From contig JAAOMT010000706.1 in NCBI GenBank assembly GCA_016748015.1, positions 296,764-360,763 of the forward strand: 64,000 nt of DNA, written 5' to 3'. The DNA comes from Geosiphon pyriformis uo1. Taxonomy: Eukaryota; Fungi; Glomeromycota. Positions 24,195 through 38,200 of the stretch are shown here, in pieces. A model generated the notes under the pieces. It was not told the origin of the DNA, did no database searches, and saw only the letters and a list, made by a program, of their open reading frames with translations. Positions within the stretch are counted from its first letter, which is position 1. The number at the start of each line of letters is the position of its first letter. The position numbers and the translations under genes are program-made.

Positions 24195-26496
24195 TTAAGT
24201 GTTTAAGTTTGGTTGCTGTTCTATTATAATTATTGATTCTAAATTTCGGGGAATATCTTCAGGATTAATTAAAGGAGAATATGTACCAATTTGTGGAATT
24301 AATGGTTCAGGATTGTTTCTGGAATAATAGTGTTTCAATCTGTCTCTATGTGCAACTTTTGCTAATATTTTGTCATCAAGTCTTAACTTATATGATCCAT
24401 TGTCTAGAATTTCGTGAATATAAAATGGTCCATCCCATTTGTTTTCAAATTTTCCACTCCATTGTTTTTCAGCCTTAGTTCTGTGTAAGAGAACTTTATT
24501 TCCAACTTTAAATTCATTGGTAATAGATGGTAATTTGTTGTCATGTCTTTCTTTTTGTTGAGCTTGGGAATGTTCAATATGAGCTGCTGCTATTCTTCTT
24601 TTTCCTTCCAGTGTACTAAGAANNNNNNNNNNNNNNNNNNNNNNNNNNNNNNNNNNNNNNNNNNNNNNNNNNNNNNNNNNNNNNNNNNNNNNNNNNNNNN
24701 NNNNNNNNNNNNNNNNNNNNNNNNNNNNNNNNNNNNNNNNNNNNNNNNNNNNNNNNNNNNNNNNNNNNNNNNNNNNNNNNNNNNNNNNNNNNNNNNNNNN
24801 NNNNNNNNNNNNNNNNNNNNNNNNNNNNNNNNNNNNNNNNNNNNNNNNNNNNNNNNNNNNNNNNNNNNNNNNNNNNNNNNNNNNNNNNNNNNNNNNNNNN
24901 NNNNNNNNNNNNNNNNNNNNNNNNNNNNNNNNNNNNNNNNNNNNNNNNNNNNNNNNNNNNNNNNNNNNNNNNNNNNTATGGTACGTTTTTGTTGGTAAGA
25001 TAATTGAGTGGTTTGGCAATTTCTGAGAATCCTTTTATGAATTTTCGATAGTAAGAGGCTAATCCCACAAATTCTCTTAGTTCTGTAGTATTTCTGGGGG
25101 TTTGGAAGTTTTTGACAGCATTGATTGTTCCTGGATTTGGTTTGATTCCATCTTTACTAACTATGTGTCCAAGAAAGATCAAACTTGTTTTTTCAAAGTG
25201 ACATTTCTCAATATTTAACTTTAATCCTGCTTTCCATAATCATTGAAAAACTTCTCGCAGGTGAATGATATGGGCTTCAAAGCTTGGTAAGTATACATCA
25301 GTATCATTAAGATAAACAACTACTGATTGCCACAAGAGCCCTTCATAGACAACATCCATGAGTCGCTGAAATGTTGCTGGTGCATTGCAGAGTCCANNNN
25401 NNNNNNNNNNNNNNNNNNNNNNNNNNNNNNNNNNNNNNNNNNNNNNTAATTTGTTGTCATGTCTTTCTTTTTGTTGAGCTTGGGAATGTTCAATATGAGC
25501 TGCTGCTATTCTTCTTTTTCCTTCCAGTGTACTAAGAAGAGTATAGGCTCTTCTTTGGAGTGTCTCTTGAAAGTTTTCTTCATTGATTGGTTGCACTGGA
25601 TATGTTTCCACTGTGAAATTAATTGGTAATGTTGCTGTCCTTCCATAAGTAAGATTAAATGGTGTGTGTTTCATAGTATCTTGTTTTAGTGTTCTGTATG
25701 CTAGTAACACTGATGGAATAAAGATATCCCATTCCTGTTCAAAGTCTGTTGAGACTTTGGCTAAAGATTCACACAATGTTCTATTGAAATATTCTACAAG
25801 TCCATTTGTTTGAGAGTGATAAGATGATGATAGAAGTCTTTTGACATTGAACCGTTCACAAATTTCTTGTATCAAGTTGTTCACAAAATGTGTTCCTTGA
25901 TCAGATAAGAGTTCAATTGGGCATCCATGTCTACAGATAATGTCTTAATAGATGAATTTTGCTACTGATTTTGCATCTGCTCTTTGGATGGCTCTAGCTT
26001 CAGGCCATTTGGTAAGATAATCCACTGCAACTGCAATATAATAATTTCCTTGGGTTGTGATAGGTAATGGTTCGACTAAATCAATTCCAATTCTGTCAAA
26101 AGGTTGTCCAACTTTGATTGGATTTAAAGGTTCCATGGGGTGAGTTCCTTCTCTTCTTTGGCAGTTATCACAAGATTCTACATATTGTCGAATGTTTTTT
26201 TGCATGTGAGGCCAAAAATAATGTTCAAGGGTTCTTTGAATTGTTCCCTCTTTTCCCAAGTGTGCTGAAGACAGATCTGTGTGCATGTTGTATAAAATTG
26301 TTTCTTTTTCATTCTCTTGTACTAATCTGAGTGGCTGGTTTGGTTTTCTGTGATTTTTATAATAAATTTTGTTCTGGTGTATGAAATATTGTTTTGATTG
26401 GTGTTGTAAGTGGTGTTTTTCACTTGAAGACCAGTTTTCTGACATGGTAAGGGTTTCCAAATAATTTTTAAGATTGCTGTAGTTTCTGGAATCCAT
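24195..26496 (-). pseudogene. Integrase of element B (with gap-flanked duplicated fragments)
   Basis: HTDLSSAHLG...CDNC, DLVEPL, DYLTKWPEA, TNGLVEYFN, WDGPFY. Confidence 0.92.
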
Positions 26497-26549
26497 TCTT
26501 GTTTGGTTATTTTGTTGGTAAGTTGTGGTGGAATTGTTGTTGGTATTAA

Positions 26550-28790
26550 TCTTGTCTCATTCTTGAGAGGCTATCAACATTGGTATGTAGTTTTCCTGGT
26601 TTGTGGTGTACAATATATCTGTAGTCTGCTAAGAAGTCATTCCATCGAGACTGTTTGGCACTTTGTTCAGTTTTCTTTTTATTGAGTCATTTGAGGCCAA
26701 TGTTGTCTGTTATTATGTCAAATTCTTTTCCATTTTTTAGATATTATTGAAAATGTTTAAGAGCCCAAATAACTGCAGCAGCTTCTAATTCAGTTGAGCC
26801 ATATTTGAGTTCTGTTGGCTTGAGTGTTCTGCTGGCATAGGCAATAACTTATTCTTGGCCATTTTCATCCAATTGTGATAAGATAGCACCAAATGCTATG
26901 TGTGAGGCATCAGTGGCTAATTGGAATCATTTGTTGAAATCTGGGTAAGCAAGAACTGGGGCTGTTGTCAATTTTGTTTTGAGAATTTCAAAAGCTTTTT
27001 GTTGTTCTTCAGTCCATTTGTATGGTACGTTTTTGTTGGTAAGATAATTGAGTGGTTTGGCAATTTCTGAGAATCCTTTTATGAATTTTCGATAGTAAGA
27101 GGCTAATCCCACAAATTCTCTTAGTTCTGTAGTATTTCTGGGGGTTTGGAAGTTTTTGACAGCATTGATTGTTCCTGGATTTGGTTTGATTCCATCTTTA
27201 CTAACTATGTGTCCAAGAAAGATCAAACTTGTTTTTTCAAAGTGACATTTCTCAATATTTAACTTTAATCCTGCTTTCCATAATCATTGAAAAACTTCTC
27301 GCAGGTGAATGATATGGGCTTCAAAGCTTGGTAAGTATACATCAGTATCATTAAGATAAACAACTACTGATTGCCACAAGAGCCCTTCATAGACAACATC
27401 CATGAGTCGCTGAAATGTTGCTGGTGCATTGCAGAGTCCAAAAGGCATAATATTAAACTCATAATTTCCTCCTTGAGTGGTAAATGCTGTTTTGGGTCTA
27501 TCTTTTGGGTCCATTTCGACTTGCCAGTATCCACTTTCTAGGTCTAAAGTTGAAAAGAACTTGGCTTTTCCCAGAGCATCTAGCATGTCATCAATTCTTG
27601 GAAGAGAGTAGGCATCTCCAATTGTAACACTATTCAGTTGTCTATAATTAACACAGAATCTAATTTTTCTATTTTTCTTTTTAACCAAAACTACTGGTGA
27701 GGCCCAAGGACTTCTTGATGGTTGAATCAATCTGTTATTGAGCATTCTTTGGACCTCTTCTCTAATAAATTGGTGGCTGGCAGGTGGCACTTGATAAGCT
27801 TGTTGACATTTTGGTAGAGCATCTCCTGTATGGATCTGATGTTGAACAATGTCTGTTTTTCCCAAGTCATTGTTGTCTTTTGCAAATATATCTGCAAATT
27901 CAGCTATCAATTGTTTCAATTGTCTTTGTTGTTGAGATTCTAAGGGACCCATATTAATTTGAGAGAGTTTTTCTTCCAACAAGTGGTAGTTTTCAGTAAT
28001 GGGAATGATATTTAGATTTGGGAGTAGAGTGTGCTTCATAATTTCGATAAAATTAGAGACAATTTGAGGATTTTCATCTTGAAAGATATTGCTGTGTATG
28101 ATTCCAATTTCTAATTTGTTTAATAAAACAATAGGGTAATTATTGGGGTTGTAGAATGTAACTCGAAATTTTTTCATTCCTTTGGGAATATAAACGTTTG
28201 GAATTAATATTTCATGGTTCAAACAGATTTGTTCATTGGATTCAAAGATTTGTTGTGTAGTGGTGGGTTTTGAGCAAGTGTAAATTTCGTGATGTTCTCC
28301 AAAAAGTAAAATGGTAATTGGCTGAGGAAGTTGAAGAATCTGGTGAGATTCATTTTGTGTATTAAGAACTATGTTTACTGGAACTGTAAATCGTCTAGTT
28401 AAACCAAAACCTTGAGTTCCTCTTTCACTTTTTCCCAATTGTTCTCTGTTGTTTACTGATTGTAAACCCAAAATGTTAATTAAGGGTAAGTAAATTACTT
28501 GAGCAATTTTTTCAGTATGTTCAATTTTGAATGGTTTGTCTGTCTCATTCTGTAACATGATGGTAATGTCTCCAGTGTATCCTGCATCTATAATTCCTCC
28601 TCTAATATTGATTCCTTTGCTTGCCAATGATGATCTGGAGGCAATTTGAACCATTGCTCCTGGTGGAATTTTAAGAGCAATTTTTAGATTGATTTTTGTC
28701 AAAGACTTTGGTTGGAGAATCAAAGTATCTTTTTCTGGGTATCTCAAGTCATATCCAGCATCAATTTCGTGTGCTTTTTCTGGTCTGATT
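26550..28790 (-). pseudogene. dUTPase-RT-RNase H of element B
   Basis: AGYDL, ASRSSLA, GGIIDAGYTG, RGTQGFG; RFCVNYRQLN, LDLESGYWQ, YLND(T); ATDASHIAFGAIL. Confidence 0.94.
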
Positions 28791-28859
28791 CCTTGGCCAT
28801 GGTTGTCAAAATATTTAAGTTGTAGAGGTGNNNNNNNNNNNNNNNNNNNNTGTTGTATG

Positions 28860-31753
28860 CTGCATCAAATGGTGTCCCTCTTCTGACTTTTTCCGAAATT
28901 GATAGAGCATATTGACAGGTTTGATCACATACTCCTCTTCTCATTGTTACATTAATTCAATTGCATTCTTCTGGTAGTATTTCTCCACATGTAAGACAAG
29001 ATGTGTTGTCCCATTTTCCACTTCTTTTTGGAAATCCAAATTGTTCTTTATGGCATGCTTTGCAAAAGTAACAGGTATGAGTTTCATATTCCTCTTTTGG
29101 AGAAATACATGCTCCCATTGATGAAAGTTTTTTGTTGTAATCTTTGCATTTGAGTGGAATATAGAGTGGTTGTTTCTGTGGTTTTGGTGTAGAATATCTA
29201 ACTTTCTTCCATTTCCTTGATTCTTCGAAAATCTCTTGTCCAGTTTCTTTAGCCCAATTGGATGTTAATCTAAGAGCCATGTAGGTTTCAATAAGTGGCA
29301 TTTTTTTCTCCTCTTCAAATTCAAATACTGGAGCTTTTTCTGATCGTTTGTTAAAGGTACCACAGGTTGCAGATACTATGATATATTGTCCTTGGTATGA
29401 GATTTTAAGTTCTTAAGTTTCCCAGTTCAGGTTTGCATTGGCCTTGAGAAGCCAATCATTTCCGACTAGAGCTTGGTATTAGGGTGCATCCATAACAAGA
29501 ACTTTAACTGGAATGGTGATTCTATCAATTGAAAAAGGGAAATCATCAATTTCTCTTACTGGAGTCTTCTTCATATCATCAGCTGTGACAATAACTGTTT
29601 GAGCTGGTCTGTCTATGTTTTGTTTGAGTTGTTGCATCAGCTGGTAAGTAATGATATTTCCAGCTGATCTACTATCTAAGATTAAGCAAATGGGTTTTCC
29701 TTTCACTATAGCTTCTGTGTACATAGCAGTAATTGCTTTCTGTTTATTGACTGCTGCATTACTAAGCAGAAATGGTGATTCATTTGCCTCAAATTCAAAT
29801 GGAAATATATCTGACAGATTAGCATTTTGGGCAATTTGAGCTGGGGTTGGAAGAGTTTGATCTTGGTGCTGCAATTTCACCTTCAGAAAGTGCAGTTTGT
29901 TGAAAATCCGATTCCTCTGGTATTGTAAGATAACTGGGTTGAGTGTAATAGTGATTGGGTCTTTGCTGGCCCGAATTTCAGGGAACCAACTGGTTATTTG
30001 GATTGATTCTGTTGTGGTTATTCTGCAATTAATTGTGGGGTGTGAATTGGTTATGTTGAACCAATTTTCTTGCTGGTACTTGATATTGTTGAGTGGGTGA
30101 TGTCTAATATGGCTGAATTGGTAAAGGTTGCTGATATTGTTGCTGCATTGATTGTGGAACTGGTGGATAGTAACTGTTTTGATTTTGTGGTCTTGGTGAA
30201 TAATAAGTTGGTGGTGGAGATTGGTAATAGGATTGTTGTGGTGAAGAGTAATGTTGATTACTCCTGTTTTGTTGGTCTCTTTGTAATTTCCTACAATTCC
30301 ATTTCCAGTGCCCTGGAATTCCACAATAATGACAATTTTGAGATTGGTTGTTGGATGATGATCCAAAATTGTTTTGGTTGTGTCATTGTGGGGGTTGATA
30401 TCTTTGTGGTTGTTGTTGGTTTGTGAAGTAGCTTTCAACTTTTTTTGTGAATTGGTCTATCTTCTTTTCAGCTGCTGAGCTGGTTTCTCCAATTGCAAGG
30501 TTTACAAGCTTGGTGTGATTTGTTTCTTCTATTGCCATTTCATAGCTCTTTGCATGTCTAATAGCAGTTGCTAAGTCTGCTGGAGCATGTGAATGGACTT
30601 TCTTAATCAGTTTGTCTTTTAACCCTGCTATAAACTGATCCAGAATTTGAGCATCAGAATAGTAGTCATTGGTTTCCAATTGTCAGATTCGTCTAAGAAG
30701 TTTGTTAAATCTTCCAAGATAGGTCATAACAGATTCAGATGTTTCTTGTTTGATATTGTGAAAGTGGTTTCTGAGAGTGATAGAGGTATTGTTGTCAGTA
30801 AATTGTTGTAGAAAAGCATCTTTGAATGCTTGCCAGTTTTCAAATAGTTCTTCTAAATTTTCAAACCATTTTTCTGCTGTTCTTTGGAGAAAGTAGGGAA
30901 TTGTTTTGAGCATTCTTGCTGCAATCCAACCATTTGCATCTCCTGCTTTTTGAACTTTGTCAAGCCATTCTTGGGGACTGGTATCATTGTCTTCACCAGT
31001 GAATTCTGGAATGTTTGCAATGTAAGCAGTTGCCATTTTTTCTTTGTTTTCTGGAATTTTTTTTGGTTCTGATTCAGTTTCTTTACTTTCCAAGCTTTCT
31101 AAGTAATTACTTTCGTTTTCTTGTAAGTAATCAATGATATTGGCACTTGTTGATATTGGTTCCTGCTGTTGAGTAGGATTTCTAAGTGACTGAAAATCTT
31201 CTGGTCTGAAGAAATGGCTAAGTAGTGAACTTGGTGTTTGTGGTTAAACAAGTGAAATTGGAAATGGTGTAATAAAAAGTGGTAATTTGATACTGGTTCC
31301 TTGTTCAGGTGTTTGCAAGTGTTTGGCAGTTGTCTTTTGTAGTGTTGGAGTGTTTGGAGTGGTTCTTAAGTATTGCTTCAATCTTTGTTTGTCTTTATTG
31401 CTTGTTTTTGTCTCTGATTCAAAGTCAAAAGAGTATTTAGACTGTACTGGGTATTTTTCTTCACAATGCTTAATAATATTAAAATTAAGTTCTTGGAAGT
31501 AGGTAGCAAGTGTTTCACTGTTCAGATCTTCTGTTCTCAAATGTGAATAATGCACTAAATTATTGTAGAGGTTGCTTCTAACTTCTGAAATGTTGTAGTT
31601 TCCAAAAAGATAATTGTTGATGCAGTTTTCAATGTATTGGTATACTGATTTCTTTACAATTTCAATTCCGTCTGGAATGTTGAATTTTTGCTTGCAGTGA
31701 GTGTAAATTGACTGATAATACTCTAGAGTTGCTGTGTCTGGTGTGATTGCCAC
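28860..31753 (-). pseudogene. gag, protease and Cys-rich domain of element B
   Basis: ATAYIANIPEFTGEDND capsid domain, CHYCGIPGHWKWNC knuckle, LILDSRSAG protease, CKAC/CLTC/CDQTC motifs. Confidence 0.88.
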
Positions 31754-31780
31754 TTTGAATTTGTTGTTGCTGTGTTATTT

Positions 31781-31796
31781 CCGTGGGAGAGCACCA
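31781..31796 (-). promoter_or_regulatory. Primer-binding site of element B
   Basis: TGGTGCTCTCCCACGG 2 nt inside the 5' LTR; complementary to a tRNA ending ...GAGCACCA (isotype not determinable here). Confidence 0.8.
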
Positions 31797-31798
31797 AA

Positions 31799-32810
31799 TA
31801 TTACCAGAGGTTTTTGGTCTCTTTTCTTAAATATTGGTAATGTTGATTTGCTGTGAATTCACGTTTTCAGGAAGTAGTTGAACCTCCAATAACTGAATTT
31901 ATCTTCAAATTATCTTCTATAATTTGAACTGCTGGGCTTATAAGTGGAATGGCCAATTTCTTGCCAGTTACTTTATGTAGTTACATTGTAGTAAACGTCA
32001 ACTCTTTCTCAGGAATTGCTTGTCTGGAAGCTCACTAAAATGTATAGTTACTTTGCTGTGAAAGTCAACTCTTCTACAGGAATCTTGTCTGTAGACTACC
32101 CTAATGATTGTAATAGGAAAAGAAAAAAAAAATAAAAGAAATATAAAAGAAATAGAATTTTGTCAAGAAAAATGTTTTCTATCCAGGCCTAGAGTCACTA
32201 ACAGTTTATTGAAATTGGTAGCTAATCAATTTCGAAATGTTAGTTGGGTTTTTGGGGGTTTTTCCAAGTACAATAATTAAAGAATTTGGTTTTTCAAATT
32301 ATTTGATATTTATTTCTTTTTGTGTGTATAGGAACGGTTTTAAGAGATAAATCTAAAGTAAGATACATTTTCCAGAAGAGAAAAGCTCTTCTTTTATACA
32401 ACTTGTTGTAGTACTAGTTTATGAACTTGCACTTTTTCTCTTTGCCCAAATTCCGGCAAACTAAAGATACATTTTGATGAACTACAAGTTATTTTGCTGA
32501 ACTATTGATTAATTTGGGTGAACTATTCATAATTTTGGCGAATTTCTGTAAATTTCGGCGAATTTCTTATAAATTTCGGCAAATTTCTGTAAATTTCAGT
32601 GAATTTTGAATGTTACAAAGTTCAGGGTATTGTGTAATTTGATCATCTTACTTTCTGTTATACTAATTAGATTATTTTAATTGAATTGTGATATGTGATA
32701 ATTGATTAAATAATAAATGATAATTTGAAATAATATTAATATACTAATGAATTATAGGAATTATAAGGGTAATTTCATGCTAATTAATAGTTAAAATTCT
32801 ACTGGTAACA
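31799..32810 (-). repeat. 5' LTR of element B (1012 bp) with ~20-bp tandem array at ~32530-32610
   Basis: Matches 22676-23721, 19103-20078 and 59810-60766. Confidence 0.95.
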
Positions 32811-34133
32811 CTGGCCATTATGTTGAAAAAAAAATTTGATGAAATAATCATTCTGAGATACTACTGAAACAACTATTGAATCTTTGTTTATTATACAAAA
32901 AACTCTACCAAAATCTTTAGATCTACCAATACTATTAAGCTATTGAGCACTAAGTTACAGATTTGTTATTAGTTTTCATACCCCAAATAATTATCTGTTA
33001 CAGCATATTAAGATTACAGAAGTATTGTAAAAAAACAAGTTTAAAAGCAGCAAAGTTGGCTGGTTTTTTCTCAAAACTTTGATATTATAAATTTGTGGTT
33101 TCTGTCAAAAAAAACCATAGGGCTTGGATTTTTCTGGCCTCATTCTAATTTTTGGCTTTAATTGCTTTTTTGGCTTCTGCAATCTAAGTATATGTATTTT
33201 TTTTTTTATTAAAGAATTTTTCTAGTTTAATGATATTTTTGTAAGCTATAATTTAAGTGATAAGAATTGGTGTGATTGTTGATAAAAAAGATATTGATAA
33301 AAGTAAATCTGGTTGCTTTGTTAAGTTTATGACTGGTTGTTTTTTTTTGTTAAGGTGGCCAATAAATTGTAAGATAGCAATTCTACTTAAGAGTGTAATA
33401 ATTAATTTGTTTAGAAATAATGCTAATGGTTGTATCTAAAAAGAAGTAATTTTGCTGGTTTTACTGACTATTAAGGCAAGATTTTTAAACAATAATCTGT
33501 ATTCTTCTAGGGATTTGGTCCAAAGATTTTGGTTATAGTCTTAAGAATACAAAATTTTGAGAGTTTTTGGAGTTTTTGATTGTGTTTTTGTGAATTGGTT
33601 AAGCAAAATTCTGTTTTTAGAAGTCTAATAATATAAGAAGGTTGTTAATAAGAGAAGTCTTAATTTTTTGTTAATTATAAGTCAAATTTTTTCTTGTATA
33701 GCTAGTATACTTTCATTTTTAGATTCAAATTCTTCAAAGTCTGATCTCAATAATTGTTTTCTTTTTATTTAAGAATATTATTTGCTAGTGTATTTTTGGA
33801 TTTTTTAATTAATTATTAAAAAAGTTTTGGCTATTGTTTATATAGTAGTTGAAATTGAATATACTAATAATTTTTGATGTATTTGTTTTTTAAGTTTTTC
33901 AGTGTTTGTTGTTTGTCTTAATAAGTAGTTAATTTTAATATGTATATAATAACAAAAATTATTTTCTGTGATAATGGTTTCTATTGATATTCCTAAGTTT
34001 TTTCTAAAGTATTAAAATAATGTTTTTTTATATAGTAAGTAATTTTTTTCTATAGTTCTAATAGTTGCCACTTTGATAAATTTCTGGGGTTTTTTGTCTT
34101 TATGAATTTTATAATCTTACAAAAAACACCAAA

Positions 34134-34521
34134 TGTTATAAATAAACTTGGTAAAATATTGTAGTAATATTTGGTGTTCTAAATTTAGATAATAAGAGCT
34201 TGAAGACTTTTATTCCAGATATTTAAGATAAGTTATTTGATATTAGTCTTTAAAAGTTTTTTGCTAGTTTTACTTGTAGAGTTTTTTAATTATAAAACAC
34301 AAAAAGATATTTGACTATTTGTAGCTTAAGTATGTAAGCTATTTTTTCTAAGCTAATTAAGTACAGTTATTAGAGTTTAACAGTATTTTTTTATCTTTCT
34401 GGTAAGCTAACAAAATAATATTAATATTCAATCTTAAAAAAAACTTCCCTTTTTTACCAGACTGTTATAAAGTCTATTCTCAAACAGTTAATTTTGCAAT
34501 ATTGTCACTCCACAAAAAGAG

Positions 34522-34616
<95 letters not shown>

Positions 34617-35201
34617 TAAAAGAAATTAATATTATTAATTACTGTAATTAAGCACAATTAATCCAAATCATTATTTGTTTAAGGCATTTTTATGCTAAAA
34701 GTATCTGGTTAAGAACAAAGATAAGAGAATAAGTAATTTGGTTTAAACACAAGATTTGAGAATTATGAATAAGTGATTTTTGGTTTCAAATATTTTTTAT
34801 TTAAAATACTATAAATATATAGATAAAGTAGATCTAATAAATATAAGTAAAGAATATATTTTTTATTTAATTATTTTCTTTGTTTGTTTTTTCTTTACTG
34901 CTAAAATTACTTATTTTTATACATATTTTTAGTTTTACAAAATTGCTTTTTGATTGCTTGTTATCACTAATTATTACTTGCTATTTTTATTGTTGCTTTG
35001 TTTTTTTATACTATAACTAGTTATTTTATGTTATGATTAGTTATTTTGTGCTATTTTACATTATTGTATTATCTTGTATTATCTTGAATTATAATATATT
35101 ATTTTGTATTATTTTACATTATTACATTTTTCTATATTATCATATTTTCTAATTATGTTTTTTCAATATCTTTTGAATTTGTTTTTTCTATTCAGATAAC
35201 A
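34134..35201 (-). repeat. 5' LTR of family C, including a ~90-nt A homopolymer at 34522-34610
   Basis: TGTTATCTGAA...TATAACA; homologous to 18103-20122. Confidence 0.82.
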
Positions 35202-38200
35202 ATAGTTAATATTTAAAACTAAACTAAAAAACTGTTAACACAAGTGCATTTAATTTTTTAGCCAATTCACTAATTTGTTTTACAAAATTAATAAAATTAC
35301 TTTTTATTTTGTTAAATTACAATTCCAAATTACTTACAATTATCAGAAAAAATTTAATTTTATTTAAAAAACTAAATTAAAAAAAAGCATTAAAAAGCAC
35401 TTAAAAAAATTTATTAACAACAAACATCCAAGATTTATTTTTAAAAGCTACTAAATAAACAACAAAAACAGATTTTTTTGCATAGATTTAAGCCAATTTA
35501 AAACCAAAAAAAAAGTTTTTTTTCTTAAGTACTAGTTTATTATTAACTAAACTATATTCAAAAAAAGTATAACTAAGCTTATTACAAATTAAGCAGAAAA
35601 CCAAAAACAGATAAGACCAATAAAATACAATATTTTAATAATAAAGATTATAATAATTGTTTTAATTAAACTTTTCTTTAAATCAAAGTACATAATTGTA
35701 CACTTAGTACAATTGTAACTAATAGAATTGCAATTAATTATATAAGTTTTTTTTTTAATTAAATTAATAAAATCTTAAAGATTATAAATATTTGTTTTTA
35801 CAAGAAATATATAAAACAAAATTTTAAACATATTTTTAAAATTTTATAATTGTTTATTTATATCAGTTTTAATTATACAAATTGTGTTTTTTTTAATAAA
35901 AATATACTATTTAAATACCAAATAATTAGCCTAATTTTAATTAGCTAATCCTATAATTATTTTTTGTTATAATCTTACTAATTGTATTTTGATTAACTTA
36001 ATAATATCAAAATTAATAAATACAATTTATACAGTTCTTATAAATTTTTTCACAAGAATTTTTTTTATAATTACTATTTAATTTATACAATTGTTTACCA
36101 GTTTTTTAAGATTAGTGTTTACTATAATATTATAATTATTTACTAAATTTGTTATAATTAATATTGTCTTTTTAAAAATAAAAAATATCTGAATTATCTT
36201 ATCAAATTTTGAAAAAGTAAAGACTTTTTCAAAATTATTAACACCAAAAAAAAGATTTCTAATGATCTTTAATTTGTTTTAAAAAAAATTTCTATTAATT
36301 ATTAACAAATTTATATTTAAAGCAAAAAATTTATAAAATACTATTATTACTATTATTATTGTCATTAATATTAATTATATTCAAAAGTTTTCTTAATATT
36401 TGTTTTATCATTATTTTTTGGTTCTTTAAAAGTTATTTTGACAATTTTATTAATAAACTTATTATTATTTTTAAGCTAAAAACTTGTTTTTTTAACAAAA
36501 AACTTTTTTTTATGTTTATATTCTTTGTTTAAGTGGTGTTTTCAGTTTTAAAATTAGCTGTTTTTTCAAATAACAAGTCATTTTTTAAAGTACTAGTATT
36601 AACAGTTACAATAAATCTTTTTAGAATACTATTTTTATGTTTTTTTTAGCCAATAAGTCTATAATACTTAAGTTAAAACCAGATTTTTTTTTAGTTTTTT
36701 TTATATTTAAATTATTATTAATACTAATAGTCTTATATTTGAACAAAAAAAGTTTGGAAGTATCTAACTGAATAGCAAAAATAAAAAAAAATAAAAAAAC
36801 TTTTTTCAAAAATAATGCACTTTTTCAGAAATTTGGAACATATAAAAAAAATTTTTGTTATGTTTTATAATAATAAAAATAAAAGTAAGTAATTAAACTT
36901 TAAAAAAAATTTTTGTATATTAATTAATAATTTTTTTAAGAATTTGTTTTTAAAATATTAATTTTAAAACAAAAAATACAATAATAAATCATATTATATT
37001 TTTAGAAACAAAAAATATAAAAGATGAAAAAAATACAAAATAAAATAAATATATTTCTTTTTACAATTTATTATATTTTCAAAAAACTCAAAAAATAATA
37101 ATAATAAAGCAATATAAATAATAATTAGCCAAAAAAAATTACAAAAAATGCTTTAAAAATATCAAAACAGATTATATATAAAAATTTCTTAATTTTATTT
37201 AAATATTTAGCAATAAAGTTGACTAAAAAAAATGTTTTTTATATTACTATTCAAAACTATTTATTTAATTATAATTATAAAAAAAGTTTTCCTAAACAAC
37301 TATAACACTAATCAAAAAGCATAAGCAAAAATATATAAAATAGATTAAAAAATATCTAAATAATAATTAAAAAATAACAATTTTTATTGATAAAACATCT
37401 TTTTAATTTTTTTAAAACATAATAAAATATTGTTATAAAAATATTTAACTAATTTATTCTATGTTTAAAGATCAAACAAAAATTTTTGCATAAAAAATTT
37501 TTTGCAAAAAAAAAACTAGCTTATTTTATTTTGTTTAAATAATAAATATTTAATTTTATATAGATATTTTTATAATTACTTATTAAAAATTAGAACAATA
37601 TTGAAAGATAATTAATAATTTTAATAAGATAATAGTTTTAAATATATTAATAAGCTTATTAAAAAATTTATTATTAAGAATACAACTAAATTTTTAAAAT
37701 AATTATCTAATAGTTTTAACTTAAATTTAATAAAAAATCTTTAGACTATTAAAAAAAATATAAAAAAAAATGTCTTAAAATTATAGTAAATTAAAAAAAT
37801 TTATGAAAAAAAAGTGACAAAATATTTTTAAATTTATCTTAATTGGATAAAATTAATAAAATAATATTGTAAAATAATAATTAAAACAAATAGTGAATAA
37901 ATTTTTTATTAATTTTTTTAATAAATTTATATAATATTAAGTTTTTTAATAATAGTTGTTTTATTTAATATATTAATTAAAACATACTAATTATTTTTAT
38001 ATTTCTAATTTTTTTTACTAAATTATATAATGATAAAATTAATTAAATTATAATTTATTTTAAACTAATAAATAATTATAAAATACATAATAATTTAAAT
38101 TAAAGCAAAATTTTTTTTTATTATAACAAATTTTTTATGATTTTTTTTGTATAAAGTTAACAATTTTATAAGTATTATATTAATACTAAATTTATAACCA

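Larger units (their letters stand above)
22676..32810 (-). mobile_element. Full-length Ty3/Gypsy LTR retrotransposon, family B (youngest insertion), dUTPase-bearing
   Basis: Highly similar LTRs with terminal IR TGTTACCAG/CTGGTAACA, perfect TSD CTGG, PBS TGGTGCTCTCCCACGG, PPT AAGGAGGAGA. Confidence 0.96.
22040..33002 (+). repeat. Solo LTR related to family A (A'), split by element B (parts 22040-22675 and 32811-33002)
   Basis: Starts TGTTATTCATAG, contains GAATTCCAG array, ends TGTTACA; TSD GTAT/GCAT. Confidence 0.82.
20123..35201 (-). mobile_element. Old Gypsy family C element, 5' part (LTR 34134-35201, PBS, gag-PR relic), interrupted by solo LTR A' and element B
   Basis: gag reads ...FKLVFLQYFCNLN at 33003-33100 and continues LIRL..IKQ at ~22035; protease relic IKLIFNNRS...KTPIGEINNF ~20760-20910; TTTGGTG after the LTR. 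Confidence 0.8.

Noticed and set aside
24530-25450. Apparent internal duplication of RT and integrase segments in element B (24978-25396 repeats ~27021-27439; ~24533-24621 repeats ~25447-25535)
   Set aside because: The copies appear identical and are bounded by N gaps, so they are most likely scaffolding or gap-fill artefacts.
28831-28850. Apparent deletion between the Cys domain and dUTPase in element B
   Set aside because: It coincides with an N gap, so the sequence is simply missing.
34522-34610. 90-nt poly(A) as a retrocopy tail
   Set aside because: It corresponds to the T-rich tract inside LTR C (compare 18690-18750); an expanded or misassembled homopolymer.
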